From NCBI GenBank assembly GCA_963706955.1, contig CAVPOC010000001.1:1-64000 (forward strand): DNA of 64,000 bases, in the 5' to 3' direction. Shown piece by piece: positions 19,523-28,479 of the stretch. The notes under the pieces are model-generated. The model was not told the DNA's origin, did not search any database, and saw only the letters and a list, made by a program, of their open reading frames with translations. The position numbers were made by a program, and so were the translations under genes. Every line of letters starts with the position of its first letter. The first letter of the stretch is position 1. The DNA comes from an uncultured Verrucomicrobiae bacterium (lineage in GTDB: Bacteria > Verrucomicrobiota > Verrucomicrobiia > Chthoniobacterales > Terrimicrobiaceae).

Positions 19523-19924
19523 TTAGGGGGCGCCGTTGATCTCGATAATGTTGCGGTCTGGATCGAGGAGGAAGAGCTGAGGGAAACCGGTGGGGCCGTC
19601 GCGACGGATCATAACGCGCATCGGGTCGTCCTCGGTCGCATCTTCGCGAAAACCGTTGGCGGTCAGCACGTCGAGGGCGCCCTCGAAATCATCCGTGCGG
19701 AAGGCAAAATGGCAATCGGCACCATCGACGTTGCCGGTCCGGAAAGAACCGGGCGGATAAAGGGACAAATGCACCTGCAGGGCGCCGCAGGCAAGCCAGG
19801 CGCCGTCGTTCTTGAAAGGCGGCCGCGGCAGCATCGTGAGGCCGAATAGCTTCTGATAGAAGGCGAGCGATCGCGGGAGGTCGCTGACGATGACATTAAC
19901 GTGGTGAAGCGCAAGCTGAGCCAT
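19523..19924 (-). CDS. VOC/glyoxalase family protein
   Basis: LHHVNVIV, HFAF, DPDRNIIEIN. Confidence 0.88.
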   Translation of the reverse strand: MAQLALHHVNVIVSDLPRSLAFYQKLFGLTMLPRPPFKNDGAWLACGALQVHLSLYPPGSFRTGNVDGADCHFAFRTDDFEGALDVLTANGFREDATEDDPMRVMIRRDGPTGFPQLFLLDPDRNIIEINGAP

Positions 19925-20373
19925 GGTCCAGGGTTACGGGATTGGCTCCCCGTTTGCGATCGTTTTCAGGTCACCCAATGAGCGGATCAGCACGCACGTA
20001 TTCGCGGGCGCCTCGGAAAGAATTTGAACAAGGCGGGACAGAGCCAGCCCTTTTTGTCGGAGTTCGACGTGATAGCAATAGCCTCCGGCTCGGTTCGACG
20101 GGCGTCAGCCGCCGGCCATCTTGTTGGCGGTATCGCTTTGGTATCGCGAACTTTGCAACGCCGGGGTGGCCAGACGGGCCACTGACCTTCGGCGGTCTGG
20201 TTTGGCGGGCGGCTGGCTGTCTGGGAGCGCGACCGCGCCAAGGCAGTTGGCGGTTGTCGACGGGAAGGCCGGGCCGCTCGACAAGCGTCACACTTTCATC
20301 GGCGATTTTTTGCGCCGGAGCTTGAGATCAAGGAACAGCCGCGGGATTGGTCCCACGCGATTCCTTTTTAGCG

Positions 20374-20805
20374 ATGAACGATGCGGCGAAAATGGAAACA
20401 GTCATTGTGGGGATCTTCGATGACTCCCAAGATTTGGAGCGCGCGGACAAACGACTGGCGGAGGCAGGGTTCGAAGGCGCCGTTTACGATAGAGCTGTCG
20501 GGGCGGAGGAATCGTGTGATGTGAACCCCGTTGCAGTTGGCCCGGTGCTTGCGCCCGGCGTTATGGCGACGGATGAATCGGGAGATCGTGAATTCGAGGT
20601 GCCCGGTATTGATGTATTTAGGTCGCACCTTGCCGATTGCCATCTCCCGAACGAGGTCATTGATGCATACGCGACGACGTTTGCCCACCAGGGCAGGTTT
20701 CTCGTGGTGAGAACCGAGCCCGAGTGCGTCAAATACATTATGGCAATCTTGCAGGATTGCCGTGCCTCGCGTGTGGATCAGCATGATTCCGACGCCCTCG
20801 TCTAA
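20374..20805 (+). CDS. Hypothetical protein (general-stress-protein-like)
   Basis: Plausible ORF; VIVGIFD..L.EAGF and GRFLVVV patterns. Confidence 0.5.
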   Translation: MNDAAKMETVIVGIFDDSQDLERADKRLAEAGFEGAVYDRAVGAEESCDVNPVAVGPVLAPGVMATDESGDREFEVPGIDVFRSHLADCHLPNEVIDAYATTFAHQGRFLVVRTEPECVKYIMAILQDCRASRVDQHDSDALV

Positions 20806-20901
20806 GCAGAATCCCACGACAAGCCATTTCTTCCCGGCGGTGTTTCTTTACAGAATAGGCCGGTGATTTGTTGGGTGGACTGCCTAGAGTTGATGCCTGG
20901 C

Positions 20902-21807
20902 ATGTCGAGGGCACGCAAACACAGATCAGTATCGGAGGAAGAGCAACCGCTCCTCGGGGCGCACGTCTCGACCGGTGGCGGCATTGCGCGTGCCGTTGAA
21001 CGCGCCTCCACAATCGGCTGCACAGCGATGCAGATCTTTGTAAAGAACAACATGCGGTGGTTTGCACAGCCGCTCGATGAGAGCGAGGTAAGCGCATTCT
21101 GCGAGCATCCATTGCGCAATACTTTGCGTTGCGTTTTTGGTCACAGCGGCTACCTCATCAATCTTGCAGCTCGCGATCCGACGTTCCTCGAGCTATCCCT
21201 CCGCTCGCTTGGCGAAGAACTTGTCCGCGCGGATCGCTTAGGACTTCCTTTTCTTGTCCTCCATCCCGGCGCACACATGGGCGAAGGAGTTGACGCGGGT
21301 CTGCAGAAGGTCGTGGCGAGCTTGGATATCATTTTCAAGGCGATGCCCAAGATCAAGACTCGGATCGCACTCGAGACTACTGCGGGACAGGGATCATCAC
21401 TGGGCCGAACGTTTGAAGAACTGGCCTTCATCTTGCGTGGCTGCCGTGAACCCGAACGGTTGTGCGTTTGCATCGACACTGCGCATCTTTTTGCAGCGGG
21501 CTACGATCTCGACACCGAGGAGGGAGTCAGGCGCACGTTTGCCCGATTCGGACGTGTCATCGGCTTCGAGCGGCTAGCCGCAATTCACGTCAACGACTCA
21601 AAGACACCGGCCGGTTCGCGGGTGGATCGCCATGAACATATCGGCAAGGGGAAGATTGGTCTGCACGTTTTCCGATACATCATGCGCGAATCGCGTTTCC
21701 GTAACATCCCCAAAGTGATCGAAACTCCCAAGGGCCGAGACATGGCCGAGGATGTCGTCAATCTCGGTGTGTTGCGGTCGCTTATACGAAAACCGGTGAG
21801 CACGTAG
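20902..21807 (+). CDS. nfo: Endonuclease IV
   Basis: LGAHVS, HSGYLINL, VLHPG, LETTAGQG, CIDTAH, HVNDSK, DRHEHIG, IETPK. Confidence 0.95.
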   Translation: MSRARKHRSVSEEEQPLLGAHVSTGGGIARAVERASTIGCTAMQIFVKNNMRWFAQPLDESEVSAFCEHPLRNTLRCVFGHSGYLINLAARDPTFLELSLRSLGEELVRADRLGLPFLVLHPGAHMGEGVDAGLQKVVASLDIIFKAMPKIKTRIALETTAGQGSSLGRTFEELAFILRGCREPERLCVCIDTAHLFAAGYDLDTEEGVRRTFARFGRVIGFERLAAIHVNDSKTPAGSRVDRHEHIGKGKIGLHVFRYIMRESRFRNIPKVIETPKGRDMAEDVVNLGVLRSLIRKPVST

Positions 21808-21831
21808 AGTGCGTGAGCGCAGGTTGAGTTT

Positions 21832-21883
21832 GTAGCGGCCGTGTCCCCAGGGTCGAGGTGCCCCCGCTGGGGACCGCCGCTAC
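21832..21883. repeat. GTAG-type REP/REPIN-like palindrome, copy 2 (possibly also the nfo terminator)
   Basis: GTAGCGGCCGTGTCCCCAG...CTGGGGACCGCCGCTAC. Confidence 0.65.
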
Positions 21884-22698
21884 ATCACGGACGACAGGTA
21901 GCACTGAGTTTGTCTAATAGGGTGTGCACAACTCTTTGCTAATTGTTAATCAAGTTTATGATATCGGGTGATACCCGAAGCCTCCATATCGTCGAATAGA
22001 TGTTGCGGGGACCGAGACGTAATAGGAGTGAACGGTACACCAACTACCTAGGGCCCGCTTAGGCTGCCGGGTCCCATTTTCCTTCAGACTTGGAAAGCGC
22101 GGTTCGATCAGTGGACACCCTTTAGAAAACTGTGGATTGGCAGCCTGGCGCCGCCGAATTCGAAAAAGGTCTCAGCTCCCCAAGCAATCGAGGTGAGGCG
22201 ACAGCTCACTTTCACGATGGAGGCAAGACACAAGGCCGCTAGCGTTGAACATTCAAGATATTGCCGAGAAAGTCTCAGGTGTCATTGAGCCGTGCTGAGC
22301 TCTATAATCTTGGCATCGAGTGTGGTTTCTTATCTTTAGATAGTAGCTTTGCTCCAAAGCGATTCTTAGGTTTTGGAGGAGGGTCCACCCTCTCCTCCCG
22401 ATCGGTGAGGATGGCGGCAGCCAAAGGTTAGCATCAGACGAGTGGAACTTAGGAAGCGCAGTTTTGTTGACAAACCTCTTCTTTTTGACGTAATAGATTT
22501 AAAAGGAGTCCTGTTGAACGGGAAAGAGTCATCGTCTCCACCTCGTTGGCGGTGCTCTTTGCGGCATGGAGACTTCCGCGATGAACTTTGGGCCGGCGAC
22601 TTCTCCTCTGCCGAGGTCGAATACTGCCTGCCACCAGGTCTGCAACGCGCCCCGATTTTCGCATATTTGGGCGCAACGATTGTTCATGGAGTGATCTG

Positions 22699-23553
22699 AT
22701 GCCAGAGAGCTTACCAGATAAGACGTGGGAGATGCTGCTCGACAGAATCAAAAAGGACCGCTGCACACCATTTCTCGGCGCCGGGGCGTGATATGGGAGT
22801 CTGCCGTTGGGAGCTGAGATTGCTAAGAAATGGGCGGCTGAGCATGGCTACCCCTTCAGCAATTCTGATAACCTTATCGAGGTCGCACAATTTCTGGCTG
22901 TTCGCTACGATCCCGTCCGTCCCAAAGAACTGATTCTTGAGCAGTTTGACGGCGTAACCGCTCCTGACTTTCGCGCTCCCGACGAGCCACATGCAGTTCT
23001 GGCCGATCTTCCGCTGTCTATCTACATGACGACCAACTATGACGACTTCATGGTGAGGGCGCTCCAGCGCCGTCACCGGGACGCGCGGCGGGAGCTCTGT
23101 CGTTGGAATGAGTCTCTCGAGGTTGAAGAGTCTGTCTTCGATACCGATTTCGTGCCAACTCCCGCCAATCCGGTTGTTTATCACCTCCATGGCCATACCT
23201 TACCGGAATCGCTGGTGCTGACGGAGGACGACTATCTCAGCTTCCTGGCGAACATCGCTCGCAATCCAAAGTTGCTGCCGCCTCCGATCCAGAGAGCTTT
23301 GGATCGCTCGACTTGTCTTTTCATTGGTTATCGATTGGCTGATTGGAACTTTCGCGTGCTCTTCCAAGGCCTGCGTCCGCGGTTGAAATTTCAGAACATT
23401 GCCATACTTAGGCCCTCCGACGACTCCGAGCACGCACGCGAACAGCGCGACTATCTCAATCGCTACTACGCGAGCATGGACTTGCAGGTGTATTGGGGAA
23501 CAGCAAGGGAGTTCTCAGCCGAGCTGCGGGAGCGTTGGGAAAAATGTCAATGA
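22699..23553 (+). CDS. SIR2-like (SIR2_2) protein A, with an in-frame TGA at codon 31
   Basis: GGAG RBS; CTPFLGAGA*YGSLP, TTNYD, YHLHG, LVLTEDDY, LFIGY; same frame on both sides of TGA 22789-22791. Confidence 0.85.
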
Positions 23554-24467
23554 ACGGATCTCAGGCGAGCTCGTTACAAGACGCAGATTGGAAGGTACTC
23601 CTTGAACGCATCAGCAAGGGTAAGTGCACCCCTTTCATCGGCGGTGAAGCCAACATGGGATCCATCCCGCCCAGTTCGACCATCGCGCGGGAGTTGGCCG
23701 CTGACACCGATTACCCGATGGAAAATAGCGATAATTTGCCGCGCGTTGCCCAGTTCATCGCGACGACGTCCGACCCCTTCCGACCGCGAGAAATGATTGT
23801 CGAACGTTACGAGAGCGCGCCTCGACCCGATTTTCGAGCGCCGGATGAACCGCACCGCATGCTAGCGGAGTTGCCGCTGCCGGTCTACGTCACGACCGAC
23901 TACGACAGTAACATGATCGAGGCTCTCAGGACCCAGCCGATGCGAGAGCCGAAACGAGAACTCTGCCGCTGGTGGGGAGATTCACGCGACCAACCTTCAA
24001 TTTTCGACTCGAGTTACGAGCCCACCGTGGCGAATCCGGTCGTCTTTTACCTGCACGGCCATATGGACACTCCTGAGTCCATGCTGGTCACTGAAGATGA
24101 TTACCTTGATTATGTGGCGGTCTCGCGCGAGCCGAAGGTCATTCCATCCCGGATTCAGAGAGCTTTTACCGAATCCTGGCTGCTTTTCCTCGGCTACCGA
24201 GTCGAAGACCTCGAGTTTCGCGTTTTGCTCCGCAGTCTGCTGACCGCGCTGACCAACAATCGCTATAAAAAGCATGTCTCGGTCCATCTTCTACAGATGT
24301 CCGAGAGCGCTGGTGAAGTGGAGAGGGTGCAAAGGAAGCGAACCTACCTGGCCTCCTACTGCAAGGGAGCGCCTCTAAACACTCTAATATACTGGGGATC
24401 CCCGCGAGATTTTGTGGTGGAGCTTCGGCAACGCTGGGAGGCGTTTCGAAATGCCGGAGGAAGGTAA
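23550..24467 (+). CDS. SIR2-like (SIR2_2) protein B, degenerate motifs
   Basis: Paralog of A: CTPFIGGEA, PDFRAPDEPH, TTDYD, FYLHG, LVTEDDY, LFLGY; ATGA overlap with A. Confidence 0.88.
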   Translation: MNGSQASSLQDADWKVLLERISKGKCTPFIGGEANMGSIPPSSTIARELAADTDYPMENSDNLPRVAQFIATTSDPFRPREMIVERYESAPRPDFRAPDEPHRMLAELPLPVYVTTDYDSNMIEALRTQPMREPKRELCRWWGDSRDQPSIFDSSYEPTVANPVVFYLHGHMDTPESMLVTEDDYLDYVAVSREPKVIPSRIQRAFTESWLLFLGYRVEDLEFRVLLRSLLTALTNNRYKKHVSVHLLQMSESAGEVERVQRKRTYLASYCKGAPLNTLIYWGSPRDFVVELRQRWEAFRNAGGR

Positions 24468-27400
24468 TCCCTACGTCGGCCCAAGGCCGTTTGAGCGCAG
24501 ACACGCGGCGCTCTTTTTCGGACGCGACCGTGAAGTCAATGAGCTGGTTTCGTTGATTATCTCCCATACCGAAGTGCTCCTATATTCTCAGTCAGGTGCA
24601 GGGAAAAGCTCGCTGGTCAATGCGCGGCTGATTCCCCTTTTGGAAACGGAAGGGTTCGACGTCCTCCCGCCGGCACGAGTGCAGGGAGTCGTCGAGGGCG
24701 TTGACCCTGCCGAGATCGGCAACATTTACGCCTTTCATACCATGATGAGTTGGGCGGGCGGCGTAGCCGATCCAAAGCAATTTCCCAAGACTTCGCTGGC
24801 TGATTTCCTGCGGGCGCGCAAATGCCCGGTCGATGAGGCCGGTAATCCGGTGCTCCGCATAGCCATCTTCGATCAATTTGAGGAGCTCTTCACGGCCTAT
24901 CCCGAGCGGTGGCAGGAACGCCGGGGTTTTTTTATTCAGGTGCGCGAGGCAATTAAGGCCGCCGACTCGGGCCTTAGGACCGTCTTTGTCATGCGCGAAG
25001 ATTACCTCGCTGAGATTGATCCCTACGTTACAATCCTTCCAGAACGGTTTCGCACCCGTTTTCGCCTAGAGCGAATGCTTGAGCAGAGAGCGCTCGACTG
25101 CGTCCAGAAGCCACTGGAGAGCACCCAGCCGCAACGTCGCTTCGCGCCTGGGGTTGCGAAAGCCTTGATAGATCAACTGCTATTGCTCAAGACGACCGGA
25201 CCCGACGGCAAGCCAATTGAAGCGAAAGATCAGTTCGTTGAACTGGTTCAATTACAGGTCGTCTGCCAAAGCCTTTGGGAACAGCTTAAGCCCGACGACT
25301 ATGAGATCGGCATGGATGACCTGGCATCAGCCGATCCCAGCAAAGCGCTGCTGAACTTTTATGAGCGCTGTATCGTCCAAACGGCGGAGCGGGCAGGTGT
25401 GCCCGAAAATAAGATTCGGCGTTGGTTCGAACGCGACCTCATCACTCCCGCAGGGACACGTGGCACCGTTTTTCGTGGGGAAAAAGAGACGCGTGGTCTG
25501 GCAAACGCCGCCGTAGATGTTCTCGAAAATTTGCACATCATTCGAGGGGAAGTCCGGGGTCGGGGTCGATGGTACGAATTGACGCATGATCGATTTATCG
25601 AATCGGTGCAGATTTCGCGCCAGCGCTGGAGCGAAAGCAATGCGGCCACAGAAGCGGCCGTGCGCCGGCTTGAAATCTTGGCGGAGCGGTGGACGCATCA
25701 GGGGCGCGGTAGAAAGGGCCTGCTCGACGTAGGTCAGCTCCTCGAAGCAGAGAGAGTGTTGCGGCTGCCGGCGGTTGAGCGGCTCGAGGTAAGCGATACA
25801 GCGCGTACGCTGGTCGATACGAGCCGAGTGGTCGTCGAGGAGAGCAAGCAACGAAAGGAGGAAGAACTACGCGTGGCCAAGGAACTGGCAGCCGAGCAGC
25901 AACGACGCGCTGAGGAGCATCGCGCTGCGGCTTCGCGAGAGCGCCGGAACGTTAAGATTCTGGCTGCCATATTGGTTGTCGCGCTCGCGACTGCAACTTG
26001 GGCGATCATCGCTGAGAAAAAGGCGGACGCGGCGAGGGAAAACGCTCTTCGGGCGCAGCAACATGCCGAGAATGCGCGGATGAGGGCCACGGTCCGGCAG
26101 TTGGCGGGCCAAGCCTGGCAAAAACAGGATGAACTCGATGTGGCGCTCCTCCTTGCGCTCGAATCGAGGATCACCGCGGAGAATCTCAAAGGAACGCAAC
26201 ACGAAAAAAGCGTCGCCGTGACAGCTGCCACCAGCAGCCTGCTGCGGACTCTCCTCGGCTCTTCGGGCTTACAACGTCTAATGTATGGTCACAACGAACC
26301 CGTCCGAAGCGTAGCTCTCAGTAAAGATGGGAAGACCCTAGCGTCCGGTGACATGGATGGGGTGATTCGGCTGTGGACGGCGGACGGACTTTCACCGAGC
26401 CGCGAGCTCGATTCTGAATTCATAGTGATCTATAGCGTCGCTCTCAGCCCGGACGGAGAGTTTCTCGCAGCTTGCGGCAAAGTGAAGAACGCGCCGGAGA
26501 AAACGGTCTTGCTATGGAAGGTCGGCACCGCCTCACGTGTCGGCAATCCGCTGGCGACACAAGGACGCCAGGTGGCGTTTAGTCCCGATGGCAAGTGGCT
26601 CGCCTCACCTTCGGGCGACCGAGTTCTTTTGTGGAGTATTCCAGATCTGAATGCGGATCAACTTGAGACCCAAGACAATGTGGAACGCATTGCCTTCAGG
26701 CCGAATGTTGATCGGCTGACTCTAGCGGCTGGCGGCACAACGGGAAACATTCGCCTGTGGGATCTCGCCAGCAAGACGGAACTCTTGTCGCTCCCGGTTG
26801 GCAGTGAACCCGCGAACCAACTCTATAGCCTCGTCTTTAGTCCGGAGGGAAGGATGCTCGCTTCCGGTTGGCTTAGCAAAAAAATCGTCGTTTGGGATCT
26901 GGATCGCCCTGAGGTGCCGCGGACACTCGCCGGACACTCCAGCCCAGTCTTCGCGCTCGCCTTCAGCGCTGACGGGAGAAGCTTGGTCTCGGGCGGAACG
27001 GATCGGACAATTCAAAGATGGGACCTCAGCTCGCCGACTAGTAAACCTGAACCGCTAAGCGGGTATGCCCAGGAAATCCATAGTCTTGTTGTCAGCAAGA
27101 AAAACGAAGTCTTCGCGGGAACCGGCAAAGGGACCATTGCCGTATGGGACCTCGCGGCGAAAGATCCGCGCCTGGCTGAGCGCATCAACCTGCCGCTTAC
27201 ACAGGGAGAGTCGGTTCGGTGCGTAAGCCTCGTCGGGGAAAACGGCAAGATAACGGCCTTCGGAACCTCGGCCGGCAGGATTTTCCTTTGGAATCCGGTT
27301 AGGCAGGAACTCTCAGAATCTCTGTCGCCGAATGCGAAACCCGTGCTTTGCATTGCGTCGCATCCAGATGGTCGGACGTTCGCTTCTGGTTCAGATGAAG

Positions 27401-28254
27401 GAATTATCTTTTGGAGTGCTGCTGGACAGCTCATCGACCAGGTGCCTTCTGAAAAGGGAGCCGTATCAGCGTTAGCCTTTCGACCAGATGGGCAAGTGCT
27501 CGTCTCGAACACGGCGGGTAAAGAAATCCTCTTTTGGGATGTCGCCCGGAAGCAACCACTTGATTTGCCGGCCCTGACAAAGGAGCTCAACGGTCCTGAC
27601 GCCCATGCGAAGCATGTTACCAGTCTGGTTTTCAGTCCCGACGGCAAACAGCTGGCGGCAGGCGATGAAGATGAGAAAGTTCTGCTTTGGGACGCCACCA
27701 CCGGAGCTCGTATCGGCACCGAACCATTGTGTGAGTTTGATAATCCCACTTACAGCCCGATCTACGCGCTGGCGTATAGCTCCACCGGGCAGCTGGCGGC
27801 GGCGGGGCGCGATCCCAAGATCTTGCTTTGTGACGCCACCGGTTCACCTTCAAAGCCGGAAGTAAAGAGACTTGAAAAACACAAGGCAAAGGTCACCAGT
27901 CTGGCCTTTAGCCCCAATGGGGAGACGCTAGCCTCGGCTTCAGAAGACGGGGCGTTGATCCTGTGGGATGTTCCCAGCGAGCAGTTCATTTCTTCCTTGA
28001 TGCCAGGAAGCATTGACCCGGAGAAGCAGAAGCCGATCATTGCTGTCGCCTTCAACCGAGATGGTTCGCGCCTTTTGACCGCAGGAAGCGAGATCTTTGT
28101 TTGGGATCTGAGCCTCGAAAGCTGGCGACGACGGGCCGACTCAATCGCCCTTCGCAATTTGCCCCAAGAGCAACGAGACCACATCCTACCCCCCGATGAG
28201 TCCGCCGAAACACGACCGGCGCGAAAAGTTTCAAGTTTAGAGCCTCAGCGTTAG
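24451..28254 (+). CDS. nSTAND1-type P-loop NTPase with coiled coil, one TM helix and C-terminal WD40 propeller(s)
   Basis: NPYVGPRPF, FFGRDRE, Walker A SQSGAGKSS, Walker B IFDQFEE, MREDY, QLQVVC, YELTHD; TM ILAAILVVALATATWAII; more than 10 (L/F)SPDG..LAS..I.LWD repeats. Confidence 0.92.
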   Translation: MPEEGNPYVGPRPFERRHAALFFGRDREVNELVSLIISHTEVLLYSQSGAGKSSLVNARLIPLLETEGFDVLPPARVQGVVEGVDPAEIGNIYAFHTMMSWAGGVADPKQFPKTSLADFLRARKCPVDEAGNPVLRIAIFDQFEELFTAYPERWQERRGFFIQVREAIKAADSGLRTVFVMREDYLAEIDPYVTILPERFRTRFRLERMLEQRALDCVQKPLESTQPQRRFAPGVAKALIDQLLLLKTTGPDGKPIEAKDQFVELVQLQVVCQSLWEQLKPDDYEIGMDDLASADPSKALLNFYERCIVQTAERAGVPENKIRRWFERDLITPAGTRGTVFRGEKETRGLANAAVDVLENLHIIRGEVRGRGRWYELTHDRFIESVQISRQRWSESNAATEAAVRRLEILAERWTHQGRGRKGLLDVGQLLEAERVLRLPAVERLEVSDTARTLVDTSRVVVEESKQRKEEELRVAKELAAEQQRRAEEHRAAASRERRNVKILAAILVVALATATWAIIAEKKADAARENALRAQQHAENARMRATVRQLAGQAWQKQDELDVALLLALESRITAENLKGTQHEKSVAVTAATSSLLRTLLGSSGLQRLMYGHNEPVRSVALSKDGKTLASGDMDGVIRLWTADGLSPSRELDSEFIVIYSVALSPDGEFLAACGKVKNAPEKTVLLWKVGTASRVGNPLATQGRQVAFSPDGKWLASPSGDRVLLWSIPDLNADQLETQDNVERIAFRPNVDRLTLAAGGTTGNIRLWDLASKTELLSLPVGSEPANQLYSLVFSPEGRMLASGWLSKKIVVWDLDRPEVPRTLAGHSSPVFALAFSADGRSLVSGGTDRTIQRWDLSSPTSKPEPLSGYAQEIHSLVVSKKNEVFAGTGKGTIAVWDLAAKDPRLAERINLPLTQGESVRCVSLVGENGKITAFGTSAGRIFLWNPVRQELSESLSPNAKPVLCIASHPDGRTFASGSDEGIIFWSAAGQLIDQVPSEKGAVSALAFRPDGQVLVSNTAGKEILFWDVARKQPLDLPALTKELNGPDAHAKHVTSLVFSPDGKQLAAGDEDEKVLLWDATTGARIGTEPLCEFDNPTYSPIYALAYSSTGQLAAAGRDPKILLCDATGSPSKPEVKRLEKHKAKVTSLAFSPNGETLASASEDGALILWDVPSEQFISSLMPGSIDPEKQKPIIAVAFNRDGSRLLTAGSEIFVWDLSLESWRRRADSIALRNLPQEQRDHILPPDESAETRPARKVSSLEPQR

Positions 28255-28479
28255 AGGACCGAGACGGGAAGTTAGTCTTAGTCCTTCATCTCGACGTTAG
28301 CGGCTGTCGTGTTGGCGAGGCCGGAAGCAATAAGAGAGTGCTAACATGATTCACAAACCGCGAAAGCGTTGCTCACCGGATACCGATAGGACTTTTGCTG
28401 ACCTTAATCATTAGTGGAAAGGAAGGGCCAATGTTCTTGGACGCTGGCCCTCTTGCCTGGTGGAATATGATTCTCTTAC

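Noticed and set aside
26280..28110. WD40 repeats as a hypervariable DNA repeat array or DGR target
   Set aside because: Repeats are highly diverged at DNA level; no template repeat or reverse transcriptase nearby
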